DNA of 64,000 nucleotides. It comes from an uncultured archaeon. Its GTDB lineage: Archaea > Thermoproteota > Nitrososphaeria > Nitrososphaerales > Gagatemarchaeaceae. Position numbers and translations under genes: made by a program. The stretch is taken from NCBI GenBank assembly GCA_963817525.1, contig CAWFOU010000007.1:1024001-1088000 (forward strand), read 5' to 3'. Under the pieces are notes generated by a model. That model was not told the origin of the DNA. It worked only from the letters and a program-made list of their open reading frames with translations, and made no database searches. Positions 30,200 to 40,358 of this stretch are shown piece after piece. Numbering within the stretch: the first letter of the stretch is position 1; every line of letters starts with the position of its first letter.

Positions 30200-31102
30200 T
30201 CAAAGTGAGGTCTTTGCGTCTGTGTCCAAGAACTCGAGAGATGCCCAATCGTTGATTTCCTGACCGGTCTTACCAGGGTCCAACGAGAGTCCGAGCTGAT
30301 ACGACATGCCCGGGTCGTCCGCGATCACGAAATCGTCCATCTCTCTTCCACCCGCATAGTCGCGAAAGCCCGCAAACAGCGATCTGCTGACGTGCGCACC
30401 GAGCGCCTCCAGCAGATCCTTCAGCGGACCCCTTTGAGAGGGCAAGCCAGAAGAGGAGAAGATCCAGAGCACCTCCAAACCATCGCGGTTGACGGGGGCC
30501 CAGCTGGCGTCCTTGTATCCGTCGACTCCGCCGGTCAGCACCGCCAGGTCTTCCTGGATCGAGTCTTGCAGAGAGCCCTTTCCTATGGCGCGGTCCAAAA
30601 CCAGGGCGACCCGTTTGTAGTCGGTCCCGTCCGACGTCAAACTTGCTAGGATCTTCGGAGGGCTCCCGTCCACGGCGTTGATGGTGGCGGTCGCGGACGT
30701 AGAGCCGTGGGCCACGGCAAGGGATTCTTTTTCACACCTGACGCGGTAGCTCCGACTCCCGTCGGTCTCGAAGTACAGGAAGAAGGCCCAAACCTCCTTG
30801 CCCATCATCTTCGAACGGAGGGCCGGGGCTCTTACGGTCCCCTGAAGGTCTCCTCGCACAAATCCGGAGCATGCAAAAAGGCGTGATCGTTCTCCCAAGG
30901 TGATCTGCACGGACTCCCCGCCGGAGCCGAATTCGGTCGTCGACCATCGCGCCGGAGAGCCCCCGACGAGGGACGTCTTCGCCTCCCAGCGATTTTGTTG
31001 CCCGGGGGCCGGCTGCATCAAGAAAAAGTACTGGGCAAAGCCCTCGCCCGCAGATGCCTGCTTCAGCTTGAGACTATCCTTTTGATTCTTGAGAGTGATC
31101 AA
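30200..31102 (-). CDS. Hypothetical protein; start uncertain
   Basis: 300-codon ORF with a TATA-like box upstream (~31203-31209); no motif recognised. Confidence 0.55.
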   Translation of the reverse strand: MITLKNQKDSLKLKQASAGEGFAQYFFLMQPAPGQQNRWEAKTSLVGGSPARWSTTEFGSGGESVQITLGERSRLFACSGFVRGDLQGTVRAPALRSKMMGKEVWAFFLYFETDGSRSYRVRCEKESLAVAHGSTSATATINAVDGSPPKILASLTSDGTDYKRVALVLDRAIGKGSLQDSIQEDLAVLTGGVDGYKDASWAPVNRDGLEVLWIFSSSGLPSQRGPLKDLLEALGAHVSRSLFAGFRDYAGGREMDDFVIADDPGMSYQLGLSLDPGKTGQEINDWASLEFLDTDAKTSL

Positions 31103-31372
31103 GCATCCCTTGGTCCCGTCGGCTTGGGGGAATAACTGGTATTCCGCTTCGATGCCGTCGACCGAGCAGACAACTGGCGTATCGCCGCAAACTGGGAGAC
31201 AAATATAACAGGTTTTGCCTCGCAGGCGAACGAAGTCTCGGCTGCTGAATCTGGCCGCGAAGAGTCCTTATCGAAAGCCTTCCGCCATCGCCACTGCCAA
31301 CATCATAAACCTGTCCGACCGGAAAGGGCCTGTTTGGGGGCGAGCCTCGCCAGCCCCCGAGGAGCCACCCTC

Positions 31373-31528
31373 TTACATCATCTTCATTTCCTTCATCATC
31401 TGGCCGCAGCCGTCACACGTCATCATCATCGACTTCATGGACATCGGTCCCATCTTCATCTCGTGACAGGTTGGGCACATCATCACTGCCTCTTCCATCA
31501 TCAACATTTTCTTATCGCTCATGGTCAT
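31373..31528 (-). CDS. 51-aa Met-rich CxxC/CxxC mini-protein (not in the ORF track)
   Basis: MTMSDKKMLMMEEAVMMCPTCHEMKMGPMSMKSMMMTCDGCGQMMKEMKMM*; SD GGGGGTGA at 31538-31545; TATA (TTATATAG) at ~31578-31585. Confidence 0.8.
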   Translation of the reverse strand: MTMSDKKMLMMEEAVMMCPTCHEMKMGPMSMKSMMMTCDGCGQMMKEMKMM

Positions 31529-31706
31529 TTTTTCACTTCACCCCCGCAGATATCCGAGCTTCCTATTCCTTGGAGACTATATAATTCCTCTTGACGATAA
31601 AATCCGAAAATTTATTCCTTGGTTATTATGATTATGAGTAAGATTTCGGCCGACTGGTTATTTCTCCGGGGAATGAGCGACGACTCGGGCCGAAAAGTGA
31701 GCCCCG

Positions 31707-32378
31707 TCAGAGAACGAGCGCGATGGCCCTGCAGGGGCTCGCGCTCCCGCCCACCAGCGCCAGCGGGGCGCCGACGAAGACGAACCTCTTGCCCATCACC
31801 TTCTCCAGGTTCGCCAGGTTCTCGAAGATCACGACCTTCTTCGGGAGGAGCGTCTTGTGGGCCACGAACGGGGGCCTGTCCGGGCTGGGGGAGTCCATCC
31901 CGACCGCCTCGAAGCCCCTCTCGATTATCAGGTTGCACGCATCCTTCGTAAGGTCCGGGTAGTCCAGCCAGTCCGGGGTCTTGCTCTTCGCGGTGTAGCC
32001 CGTGCGGAGGAGCAGGATCCAGCCCTTCCCGTCGAGGCTCCCCTGGCCGGCCTTCGCGAGCGCCTCCTCGATGTCGTCGGCGCTTATCTGGTGGCGCTTC
32101 GGCTTTTTGGCAAAGTCGAGCACAAGGCCGTTCCCGACGAAGTGAGTCAGGGGCACCTTGTCGACCGCCTCCCCGCCGCCGACCATGTGGGCAGGCGCGT
32201 CCACGTGAGTGGCCGTGTGCTCCGAGAACGTCCACAGGAAGGAGAGGTACCCATCCTGCTCCATCGTCTGGATGGCCGCCCTGAGCGGCTGGGGCGCCCC
32301 AGGGAAGACCGGCGTGTCCATGCTCTTGAGGTCCATCGAAAGGTCGACCACCTGCTTGAAGACCCTCTCGTCCTTCAA
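31707..32378 (-). CDS. Cyclase family / kynurenine-formamidase-like protein
   Basis: HTATHVDAPAH, GMDSPS, H..LL, ENL, GGSASPCRA. Confidence 0.92.
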   Translation of the reverse strand: MKDERVFKQVVDLSMDLKSMDTPVFPGAPQPLRAAIQTMEQDGYLSFLWTFSEHTATHVDAPAHMVGGGEAVDKVPLTHFVGNGLVLDFAKKPKRHQISADDIEEALAKAGQGSLDGKGWILLLRTGYTAKSKTPDWLDYPDLTKDACNLIIERGFEAVGMDSPSPDRPPFVAHKTLLPKKVVIFENLANLEKVMGKRFVFVGAPLALVGGSASPCRAIALVL

Positions 32379-32522
32379 TATCTACCCCAGCACCGCGAAC
32401 CGGAGGGCGCGCTTTCTAAATATCTTTCCCACCGCCTCGGGGACATTCGTTAACGCATTGGCATCAATAGGAGGCATCCGTGCGCAAAAAGACGCGCTAA
32501 GTTAATATATTCAAAGCATCTA

Positions 32523-34163
32523 TTGAAGAAACCCGAATTGCAGCCCAAGCAATTCGTCCGGGAGGCCACTGGTTTTGTGCGGGAATACGGTGCTCTTGAT
32601 ACTCTCCTCTTCGCGTCGGTCTTCGTATTCGCGCTGGTCTTCACCATCACGCAGTTCCCGTGGTTCTACGGGAACACCCGCGGCGCGAACCTGGCGGACA
32701 CGCTCCTCGTCGCAGCCATCCCGTTCATCTTCCTGATGCTCACGTACTCGGTGATAGGCGTCCTCATGCCGAGGACCGGGAGCGACTACGTCTGGATAGG
32801 GCGCATCCTGAGCCCGCCGATCGGCTTCGTTTGGGGCCTGGTGTACGTCCTCATCGTATTCATCGCCGCATTCATCGGGGCGGGTACTGGTCCGCTCGCC
32901 TTCGCTCTCTCTTCTATATTCTCCATCTACGGCCTGATAGGAAACTCCACTTCCTTGACCAGCCTAGGGACCTACTTCGGGGGCGCGACTGGGACGCTCG
33001 AAATCTCGATCCTCCTTACCCTGCTCGTCGCCGCCTTCACCATCTTCGGCTCGAAGTTCGTGAAGGCCTTCCTCTACGCCACTTGGATATTCGCCATAGC
33101 GGGCATGATCGTCATGTGGTACATCCTCTCCACGACCAGCAACGCCACCTTCATCAGCCACTGGAACAGCCTGATCGCAGCCGGCAACTCCTCGTACACC
33201 TACCAGGCCCTCGAGGCGACCGCGTCGAGCAAGGCCGGCTTTCCAGGATTCGCGACCGGCTTTGGGGGAATACTCCTCGCGCTGCCCTTCGCGTTCCTAT
33301 TCCTGTTCGGGGGGAACTACGCGAACTCCTTCGCGGGCGAGATAAAGAACGTCAAGAGGTCCCTCCCGATCGCCCTATTCCTGTCTTTGATCCTGGGATT
33401 GGGATACTGGATAGTGACGTCGTCGCTGACCACCCACACGGTAGGGTTCAACTGGGTCACCACGGTCGGGTTCGGTTGGATACAAGGCGGGTCAGTCCCC
33501 GGCACGACGAGCTACCCGCTCCCCTACCAGCCCACGCAGCCGCTCTTCTTGGCCGTCGCGGCCTACGGTAACAACACCCTCATCACGCTGATGGTCATCA
33601 CCTACTTCATAGGCTCCCTAGGGCCGGTGTTCGCCTACTTCTGGATACCCACCAAGTACCTCTTCGCATGGGCGTTCGACAGGGTGATACCCACGAAGTT
33701 CGCCGACGTCAGCGCCAAGTACCACACAGCCTGGATCGCCGTGCTCGCGACCGTGGTCATCGCCATAGTCGCCGAGTTCCTCTATTCCTACCTCGGCTAT
33801 TCATCATACTTCACAATGGGGACGGTCCTGTGGGGCATCTCCTACACGATACCGGGGCTGGCGCTGATGCTCTTCCCGTGGCTGAGGAAGGACCTCTTCG
33901 CCCAGGCACCCGGATGGCTCGGGAAGAAGGTCGTGGGCATCCCCATCGTCTCGATAATAGGGGCCGCCACGCTCGTGGGCTTCGCGTACGTGGGCTACAT
34001 CGCGTTCACGAGCCCAGCGGTCACCGTAGTCAACGCCGACAGCCTGGAGCTGCTCGTCGGCCTGATCGTCGCGGGATTCGTGATCTACTTTGCGAGCAAG
34101 GCGTACCACAAGAGGAAGGGCCTAGACATCTCCATGGCGCTGAAGGAGATACCTCCGGAGTAG
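32523..34163 (+). CDS. APC-family amino acid permease
   Basis: FVREATGFVRE, MPRTGSDYVW, GEIKN, FAWAFDR, KEIPPE. Confidence 0.92.
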   Translation: MKKPELQPKQFVREATGFVREYGALDTLLFASVFVFALVFTITQFPWFYGNTRGANLADTLLVAAIPFIFLMLTYSVIGVLMPRTGSDYVWIGRILSPPIGFVWGLVYVLIVFIAAFIGAGTGPLAFALSSIFSIYGLIGNSTSLTSLGTYFGGATGTLEISILLTLLVAAFTIFGSKFVKAFLYATWIFAIAGMIVMWYILSTTSNATFISHWNSLIAAGNSSYTYQALEATASSKAGFPGFATGFGGILLALPFAFLFLFGGNYANSFAGEIKNVKRSLPIALFLSLILGLGYWIVTSSLTTHTVGFNWVTTVGFGWIQGGSVPGTTSYPLPYQPTQPLFLAVAAYGNNTLITLMVITYFIGSLGPVFAYFWIPTKYLFAWAFDRVIPTKFADVSAKYHTAWIAVLATVVIAIVAEFLYSYLGYSSYFTMGTVLWGISYTIPGLALMLFPWLRKDLFAQAPGWLGKKVVGIPIVSIIGAATLVGFAYVGYIAFTSPAVTVVNADSLELLVGLIVAGFVIYFASKAYHKRKGLDISMALKEIPPE

Positions 34164-34212
34164 CGGCGGTCTCGCAAGTCTTTTCGTTTCGTGGACGAGC
34201 GCTGTCGCTACC

Positions 34213-35115
34213 ATGACAGGACCGAGGAGGGATTTCATCGGCTACGGACGGGACAAGCCCAGCTTTCTCTGGCCGGACGGCAAGCGGCTCGCCCTTTCGA
34301 TCGTCGTCAACTACGAGGAGGGCTCCGAGCACTCCCAGGCCGTCGACAGGATAGTCGAAGGGATGGGGGAGTTTCTCCCCATCGATATCCGCGCAAGGGA
34401 CGTGGGGAACGAGAGCGTCTACGAGTACGGCCCGAGAGTCGCCATATGGAGGGTCCTGGAGACGCTGGCGAAGTTCAAGACCAAGGCGACCTTCTTCGCG
34501 ACCGCCGAGGCGCTCCGCGTGAACACCCGGGCGGCCAAGGCGATAGTCGGGGGCGGGCACGAGATATGCGACCACGGCCTGCGTTGGACAGAGCACTACA
34601 GGTACAAGCGAGCGCAGGAGAAGAAGGCGATCAAGCGCTCCGTGGAGCTCATCGAAGAGGTGACAGGGAGAAAGCCCGTCGGGTTCTACGCCAGGGAGCC
34701 CAGCATCAACACCGTCGAGATAGTCCAGGAGCTCGGGAACTTCATCTACGACTCCGACTCCTACAACGACGACTTGCCATACAGGTACGAGGGCGACGGC
34801 ATCCTGATTCTGCCCTACACGCCCGACGCGAACGACTTTTACTTCATGTCGCCCATCAACAGGTTCGCGACCTCGACCGACTTCTATTCCTATCTCAAGG
34901 ACACGCTGGACGTCCTCCGCGGGGAGGCGGAGACGTCCCCGAAGATGATGTCAGTGGGACTCCACTGCAGGGTCATCGGGAGGCCTGGGAGGATAGTCGC
35001 CCTGCGCAAGCTCCTCGAGTACGTCTCGGGATTCGACGACGTCTGGGTCGCCACGAGGGAGGAGATAGCCAGGCACTGGATCGAGAAGGTGGAACCTGGC
35101 CTGGTGTTCCGCTAG
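34213..35115 (+). CDS. Polysaccharide deacetylase family, allantoinase PuuE-like
   Basis: RDFIGYG, VNYEEG, ESVYEYG.R, YDSDSYNDDLPY, GLHCRVIGRPGR. Confidence 0.88.
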   Translation: MTGPRRDFIGYGRDKPSFLWPDGKRLALSIVVNYEEGSEHSQAVDRIVEGMGEFLPIDIRARDVGNESVYEYGPRVAIWRVLETLAKFKTKATFFATAEALRVNTRAAKAIVGGGHEICDHGLRWTEHYRYKRAQEKKAIKRSVELIEEVTGRKPVGFYAREPSINTVEIVQELGNFIYDSDSYNDDLPYRYEGDGILILPYTPDANDFYFMSPINRFATSTDFYSYLKDTLDVLRGEAETSPKMMSVGLHCRVIGRPGRIVALRKLLEYVSGFDDVWVATREEIARHWIEKVEPGLVFR

Positions 35116-35182
35116 TGCCGTCGCGCCGGCGGTCACAGCCGATAAACGCTAAAGAGCCCGCGGGCATCTGGAGACTGATGAG

Positions 35183-35953
35183 TTGACGCCTCTCCCCGGG
35201 CTCCTGGACGAAGCCAAGAGGCTGCTCCAGGCCGCGTCCGACAAGAAGGTGGTGCTCAAGCTAGTCGGCGGATTGGCGATAGCGATGAGGTGCCCGTCCG
35301 CCAGCCGGGAGGGCCTGAAGCGGAACTACGTCGACGCTGACTTTGTCGGCCATGAGAAGCAGTCGAGGGCGATAGGGGATTTCTTCGTCGAGATGGGATA
35401 CCAGCCGCGGATGAGGTTCAACGCCCTGATGGGGCGCAAGAGGCTGATCTTCAACGACCTCACGAACGAGCGGCGGGTCGACATATTCCTCGACGTCTTC
35501 GAGATGTGCCACAAGTTCAACTTCAGCGAGCGGCTAGGCCTGGAGCCCTTCACCCTCCCGCTCGCGGACCTGCTGGCGACGAAGCTCCAGATAGTCCAGG
35601 TGAACGACAAAGACTTCAGGGATCTCACCACCCTCTTCCTGGACCACGACGTGGGGGCCGCGGACGGCGAGACGATAAACGGGGCATACCTCGCCAAGAT
35701 CTGCGCCAGCGACTGGGGCATCTACAAGACGTTCACAATGAACCTCTCGAAGCTTGAGAACTCGGTGGACATCTACGGCCTGAGCTCGTCGGAAGCGGAC
35801 GAGGTCAAGGGGAGGATAAGGAAGCTGGCCGACATGATCGAGAAGGCGCCGAAGAGCTTTGCCTGGAAGATGAGGGCGCGGGTGGGAGAGAACAAGTCCT
35901 GGTACGAGCTGCCAGAGGCGGACAAGCCCTTCGTCGTCGGCGCCACGGACTGA
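35183..35953 (+). CDS. Putative nucleotidyltransferase-fold protein
   Basis: GGLAI, R.YVDADF, VDIF, LLATKL, KD..D. Confidence 0.6.
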   Translation: MTPLPGLLDEAKRLLQAASDKKVVLKLVGGLAIAMRCPSASREGLKRNYVDADFVGHEKQSRAIGDFFVEMGYQPRMRFNALMGRKRLIFNDLTNERRVDIFLDVFEMCHKFNFSERLGLEPFTLPLADLLATKLQIVQVNDKDFRDLTTLFLDHDVGAADGETINGAYLAKICASDWGIYKTFTMNLSKLENSVDIYGLSSSEADEVKGRIRKLADMIEKAPKSFAWKMRARVGENKSWYELPEADKPFVVGATD

Positions 35954-35954
35954 C

Positions 35955-36905
35955 TCAGCCCGACGTCAGAAGATAGGACTTTATCTTGTCCCCGTCTAGG
36001 TCAGCGAGGAAGCCCCGGAGGATGCCCTCCGTGTACTCGCTCCCGGGGTTGGCGCACATCGTCTTGCCCAGCTTGACTATCCCGCGCGACTCGTGGATGT
36101 GCCCGTGCAGCCCGAGCATCGGCTGATACTTCATGATGGCAGCCCTGCACGCCGTGCTGCCCGCAGATATCATCTCGACGTTCCCTGCCTTCACGACTAC
36201 CCTGAAGTTCGCGTCGATGCGCGGGGCCTTGTCGATGGGCGTGTCTATCGGTGGGACATGGATGTTGAATATCGATGACTTCATGCCCTTGACCTGGTCG
36301 GCCATGGCGGAGAACTTCTTCGCGAGGACGTCCTCGTCGACCTCCCTGGGGGAGTTCCAGGGGGTGTGGTTTGTGGTGCCCGAAGTGATCATCTCGTGGC
36401 CGGAGTCGATGTCCACGACCCTCTCCTCGGGGTTGACGACGTAGCTGGACGAGTTGAGCGCGGCGTCTATCTCGTAGATGTCGTCGTTGCCTGGCGAGAT
36501 GTAGCACCTGACCGACGTCTTCCCCAGCCTCTCCTCCGCGAGCAAGAGCCACTCGCGAACCCTCTCCACCATCAGCTTGCTGAAAAGGTCCTTGACCTTG
36601 GCGGGGTCAGCCGCCAGCTCGCCAAACTCGGATGGGCTGACCACCTTCGTGTAGGTGCCTGACTCCGCGGCCTTCTTCCTGAACTCCTCCACCTCGCTCA
36701 TGTTGGTCATGGCCAGCTCCGCCCCCTGGTATGAGCAGGTGTACTTCCCGCCGCCTTCCACTATGGGGGTCATCACCTTGCCCGTGATGTCTCCGCCGAG
36801 GATCAGGACGTCCGCCTTGTAGAACTTGGCGGCGTTGAGGAACTTCCTGAAGCACTTGCTGGACCCGTGGACGTCCGTGATGAAGTAGATCCTGGAGCGC
36901 GCCAC
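35955..36905 (-). CDS. Icc-related metallophosphoesterase
   Basis: DVHG, GGDITG, PGNDD, HVPP, HGHIHES, NPGS. Confidence 0.9.
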   Translation of the reverse strand: MARSRIYFITDVHGSSKCFRKFLNAAKFYKADVLILGGDITGKVMTPIVEGGGKYTCSYQGAELAMTNMSEVEEFRKKAAESGTYTKVVSPSEFGELAADPAKVKDLFSKLMVERVREWLLLAEERLGKTSVRCYISPGNDDIYEIDAALNSSSYVVNPEERVVDIDSGHEMITSGTTNHTPWNSPREVDEDVLAKKFSAMADQVKGMKSSIFNIHVPPIDTPIDKAPRIDANFRVVVKAGNVEMISAGSTACRAAIMKYQPMLGLHGHIHESRGIVKLGKTMCANPGSEYTEGILRGFLADLDGDKIKSYLLTSG

Positions 36906-36954
36906 GGTCGGCCCGTCCGCCGGGGAAGCTAATTAACGTGAATCAGGTGATAGC

Positions 36955-38031
36955 GTGTGCCGCGGACACTCTGCAGGTTACTTGTCAGATTTATATTGTC
37001 GGCCGCCCCACTGGCATGCCACGAAGAACAGAGGGGTATTGTCGGTAGCTCTTGTGCTGACCGCAGTTCTCATTGTTTATTCGCTTCACGGGGCATTGCC
37101 TGCCAACCTGCCTGTCAGCTCAGCTAGTTCGGCGGGCCATTCGAGTGGACCGACGCACACGACACATCCGATGGTGCCGGTCCCTCCATCAACCGTGACG
37201 GCTGAGGTAGCGACATCGTCGGCAATGGGTTCGATTTGTCCCTTGCCCGCCTCCCAATGCCTCGCGTCCTATAATTGGGGGGGTTATGCAGTCACGTCAG
37301 CCTCTGGTCAGGTAACTAACATCCAAGGGTCGTGGGTGGTTCCAGCGATAGTCGGCTCTTCTGATTCCCTTGGTTATGGTTATCCTGGCACGTCATGCTC
37401 AGACAATGAGAATACCTGGTACGATATGTCAGATTGGGTCGGAATTGACGGCTTCAGCAGCGCGACTGTCGAACAGACTGGCACTTCCTCAGATTGCTAT
37501 TACGGTCAGGCATACTACTACGCTTGGTACGAGTTCTACCCAGCCGCTTCGGCGATAATCACCTCCATCACGGTCCATCCGGGCGACACGATGACGGCCG
37601 ATGTGAATTGCGTCCCGGGCGTCTTGTCTGCAACATGCACGACAACGATCACTGATGAGAGAACCCATCAGAGCTACACGGTCTCCCCGACTGTCGTCCC
37701 CGGCGCCGAAACGGATTCGGCTGAGTGGATCGCGGAGTCGGCAGCTTACAGCATATGCTCTTCATGCATTGGCTTCCTGGCGCTCACTCAAACCACCCCG
37801 GTCCAATTTAGCGACGCTACCGCTACGATTGGCGGCGTCACGCATCCCATATCAGGCTGGGGCAGCAATGTCTACTGGCTGTTGATGGTCAACCTCAATT
37901 TTGGGACTAACCAGGAGACCAGCGTACCAACACCCTCGACCGAGACTCTGGCCAATGCAAAGGCCGACCCGACCCCGCTTGGACGGGGCGGCGGTAGCTT
38001 CAACGTCGACTGGCTGAGCAGTGGCCCTTGA
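36955..38031 (+). CDS. Secreted G1 family glutamic endopeptidase
   Basis: NWGGY, WVVP, WVGIDG, VEQTGT, AWYEFYP, PGD, SAEWIAE; lower GC. Confidence 0.88.
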   Translation: MCRGHSAGYLSDLYCRPPHWHATKNRGVLSVALVLTAVLIVYSLHGALPANLPVSSASSAGHSSGPTHTTHPMVPVPPSTVTAEVATSSAMGSICPLPASQCLASYNWGGYAVTSASGQVTNIQGSWVVPAIVGSSDSLGYGYPGTSCSDNENTWYDMSDWVGIDGFSSATVEQTGTSSDCYYGQAYYYAWYEFYPAASAIITSITVHPGDTMTADVNCVPGVLSATCTTTITDERTHQSYTVSPTVVPGAETDSAEWIAESAAYSICSSCIGFLALTQTTPVQFSDATATIGGVTHPISGWGSNVYWLLMVNLNFGTNQETSVPTPSTETLANAKADPTPLGRGGGSFNVDWLSSGP

Positions 38032-38088
38032 CACCGGCGCGCGGTAACCCAAAGGCCAGATGACCTGGGTAGCGGGCAGGCGCGCCAC

Positions 38089-39012
38089 ATGCCATCACAC
38101 GCCAGGATAGGGCTGGACACCTTCCACTACAAGTGGAGCAGGTCCCACAAGCCCGTGCTGTCGATAGCGGACGGCGACACGGTCACCTTCAAGATAAACG
38201 ACGTCGCCTCCTGGCAGCTGACCAAGGACTCGACCTCCGATGACCTCAACGACCTCGACGCCTCGAAGCTCTACCCTCTCGCCGGCCCGGTCCTCGTGGA
38301 GGGGGCGACGCCGGGAGACGCCCTCGTAGTGGAGACCGTGAGCGTCAAGACCGCGGACTTTGGATGGTCGGCGATCATCCCGGGCCTTGGGCTACTGGAG
38401 GAGTTCAAGAAGCCCTACCTCTACAAGTGGAGCCTGAGGAACAAGAGGTTCGCCTCCTTCAAGAAGGGGATCAAGATCCCGATGCGACCCTTCTGCGGCG
38501 TCCTCGGGGTCGCACCTCCCGAAAGGGGGTCCTTCGACGTGATGCCTCCCGGGAAGCACGGCGGGAACATGGACATCCGGCACCTCACCGCGGGGAGCAG
38601 GATCAAGATACCCGTTTGGGTGGACGGGGCCCTATTCTCCGTGGGGGACGTCCACGCCGCGATGGGCGACGGAGAGGTATGCGTCTGCGCGATCGAGTGC
38701 GCGGGCGAGGCCACCCTGAGGTTCACGCTCGAGCGCAAGTCGGGCCTGCGCTGGCCGCAGTACCTCGCCGAGGGCGACGCGAGGCCGAAGAAGGGCTACT
38801 ACGCGGCCACGGGCATAGCGTCCGACCTGATGCTGGCAGTGAAAGAGTCGGTGCGGAACATGCTCGACCACCTCACGCGCAGCTACGGCCTCACGAGGGA
38901 GGAAGCCTACGTCCTCTGCAGCGTGGCGGCCGACGTCAGGGTGCACGAGGTCGTCGACCAGCCGAACTGGGTGGTCGGGACGATGATCTCGCGCGACATC
39001 TTCCCAGACTGA
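38089..39012 (+). CDS. Acetamidase/formamidase family protein
   Basis: LAGPVLVEGATPGD, HGGNMD, GDVHAAMGDGEV, AYVLCSVA. Confidence 0.93.
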   Translation: MPSHARIGLDTFHYKWSRSHKPVLSIADGDTVTFKINDVASWQLTKDSTSDDLNDLDASKLYPLAGPVLVEGATPGDALVVETVSVKTADFGWSAIIPGLGLLEEFKKPYLYKWSLRNKRFASFKKGIKIPMRPFCGVLGVAPPERGSFDVMPPGKHGGNMDIRHLTAGSRIKIPVWVDGALFSVGDVHAAMGDGEVCVCAIECAGEATLRFTLERKSGLRWPQYLAEGDARPKKGYYAATGIASDLMLAVKESVRNMLDHLTRSYGLTREEAYVLCSVAADVRVHEVVDQPNWVVGTMISRDIFPD

Positions 39013-39024
39013 GCGGCTCTTCGC

Positions 39025-39765
39025 CTACGTCGTTCGGGCGACCCTTCCCTTCGCGAACCCCGCCACGACCGAGGCAAAGCCGAGGACCTTGGAGACCGCG
39101 TTGAGGCCGAAGGAGACGGGGTCCGCGGGAGGGGCGTACCCTGTGAGCAGCGCCCAGGCCGCGAAGACGATGAGCATCCCGCCCAGCAGGTACAGCGAGT
39201 ACCGGGTGACCGCGAACCTGGAGGAGAAGAACGGCAGGGCGAGCGTCGCGAGGATGACGACGAGGAAGTCGAAGAAGGAGAAGAGGGGGTGCGGGACCTT
39301 GGTGGTGACCATCGGGGTGATTATCAAGAGGAACGGGAGCTCGAAGACCATCGGTCCGGCGACGGCCCCAGCGAAGCCGTTGCCCAGCGCCGCCAGCGCC
39401 CCGCCGCCACGGGTCAGGTACGCGACCGTGACGAAAGCACACACCGCGGAGGCGAGCGTTATCGGGAAGACGGGGCCGAGGCCGAGGCTGGACTGGTCAG
39501 TCGTCGCAGCTACCTGGTTGAAGACGCCATGGATCAGGAAGATGGTGACCGCCCATACGACCACGGTCGCCACTCTAAGCGCCCGCCCAGGCACGGCGGG
39601 CCGTATCCCATCCCTCACTCTCGTCCCAAGGAGGACGACCCCCAGACCAACCAAGAGCAGGACGACCCCGAGCGTAACCGCGGCCAAGCCGGAGTACGCG
39701 CGCCAGTCGATGAGGGCGACAGAGGAGTTGGCCGTCGCGAGGAGCGCAAGTAGCACGCCGTGCAT
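39025..39765 (-). CDS. Membrane protein (~7 TM), divergent from marR
   Basis: Hydrophobic; GPMVFELPF motif. Confidence 0.65.
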   Translation of the reverse strand: MHGVLLALLATANSSVALIDWRAYSGLAAVTLGVVLLLVGLGVVLLGTRVRDGIRPAVPGRALRVATVVVWAVTIFLIHGVFNQVAATTDQSSLGLGPVFPITLASAVCAFVTVAYLTRGGGALAALGNGFAGAVAGPMVFELPFLLIITPMVTTKVPHPLFSFFDFLVVILATLALPFFSSRFAVTRYSLYLLGGMLIVFAAWALLTGYAPPADPVSFGLNAVSKVLGFASVVAGFAKGRVARTT

Positions 39766-39779
39766 ATCAGTTCTTGCGA

Positions 39780-39799
39780 TTAATGGTTAATGCCATTAA
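39780..39799. promoter_or_regulatory. Palindromic operator candidate for MarR
   Basis: TTAATGG-N6-CCATTAA in the AT-rich divergent intergenic region. Confidence 0.6.
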
Positions 39800-39845
39800 G
39801 TATATATGGTTGACTATGCTAATGATTTTCCAGCGGGTGTCTGGA

Positions 39846-40358
39846 ATGAGCTCTGCGAACGACTGGGGCCTGAGGTCCAAGGCGCTTCTTACAATCCTCA
39901 GCTCTCAGAGGGTCATCCGGGGAGCGATGGCGGCCAGCGCCGAGAAGGAGGGCCTCACCCTCCAGCAGTTCTCGCTCATGGGGGTCCTCTCCCGAAGGGG
40001 GCGGGTGCCGATGAACGCCCTAAGCAAGGAGCTCCGCGTGACCCCGCCCAACATCACCGGCGTGGTCGACAGGCTGGAGGCGAAGGGCCTCGTGAAGAGG
40101 GTCGCCGACCCCGCGGATAGGAGGAGGAAGGGGATCCAGATGACGGAAAGGGGGACGGTCCAGTACGAGAAGGTGCGCACCGGCTACAGCGGGCCGCTCC
40201 AGGAGTCGCTGGACACGCTGACCCCCGAAGAGCAGGAGATTCTGGTCAATCTCCTCAGGAAGTTCGTCGGGGCGATAGCCCAGAGTGAGGGAGAGGGCCG
40301 CCCGAGCGCCGACGGCTCTCGCGTCAAGCCGAGACGCGGAGCTGGCCGTACTCCATGA
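39846..40358 (+). CDS. MarR-family regulator
   Basis: LTLQQF, VTPPNITGVVDRLEAKGLV, DPADRR. Confidence 0.93.
   Translation: MSSANDWGLRSKALLTILSSQRVIRGAMAASAEKEGLTLQQFSLMGVLSRRGRVPMNALSKELRVTPPNITGVVDRLEAKGLVKRVADPADRRRKGIQMTERGTVQYEKVRTGYSGPLQESLDTLTPEEQEILVNLLRKFVGAIAQSEGEGRPSADGSRVKPRRGAGRTP

Noticed and set aside
31463-31477. CPTCH as a heme c attachment site
   Set aside because: No signal peptide, and the second CxxCG fits a zinc ribbon better
31334-31594. His-rich plus-strand ORF as a Ni-binding protein
   Set aside because: It is the antisense shadow of the Met-rich gene (CAT = reverse complement of ATG); SD and TATA support the minus strand
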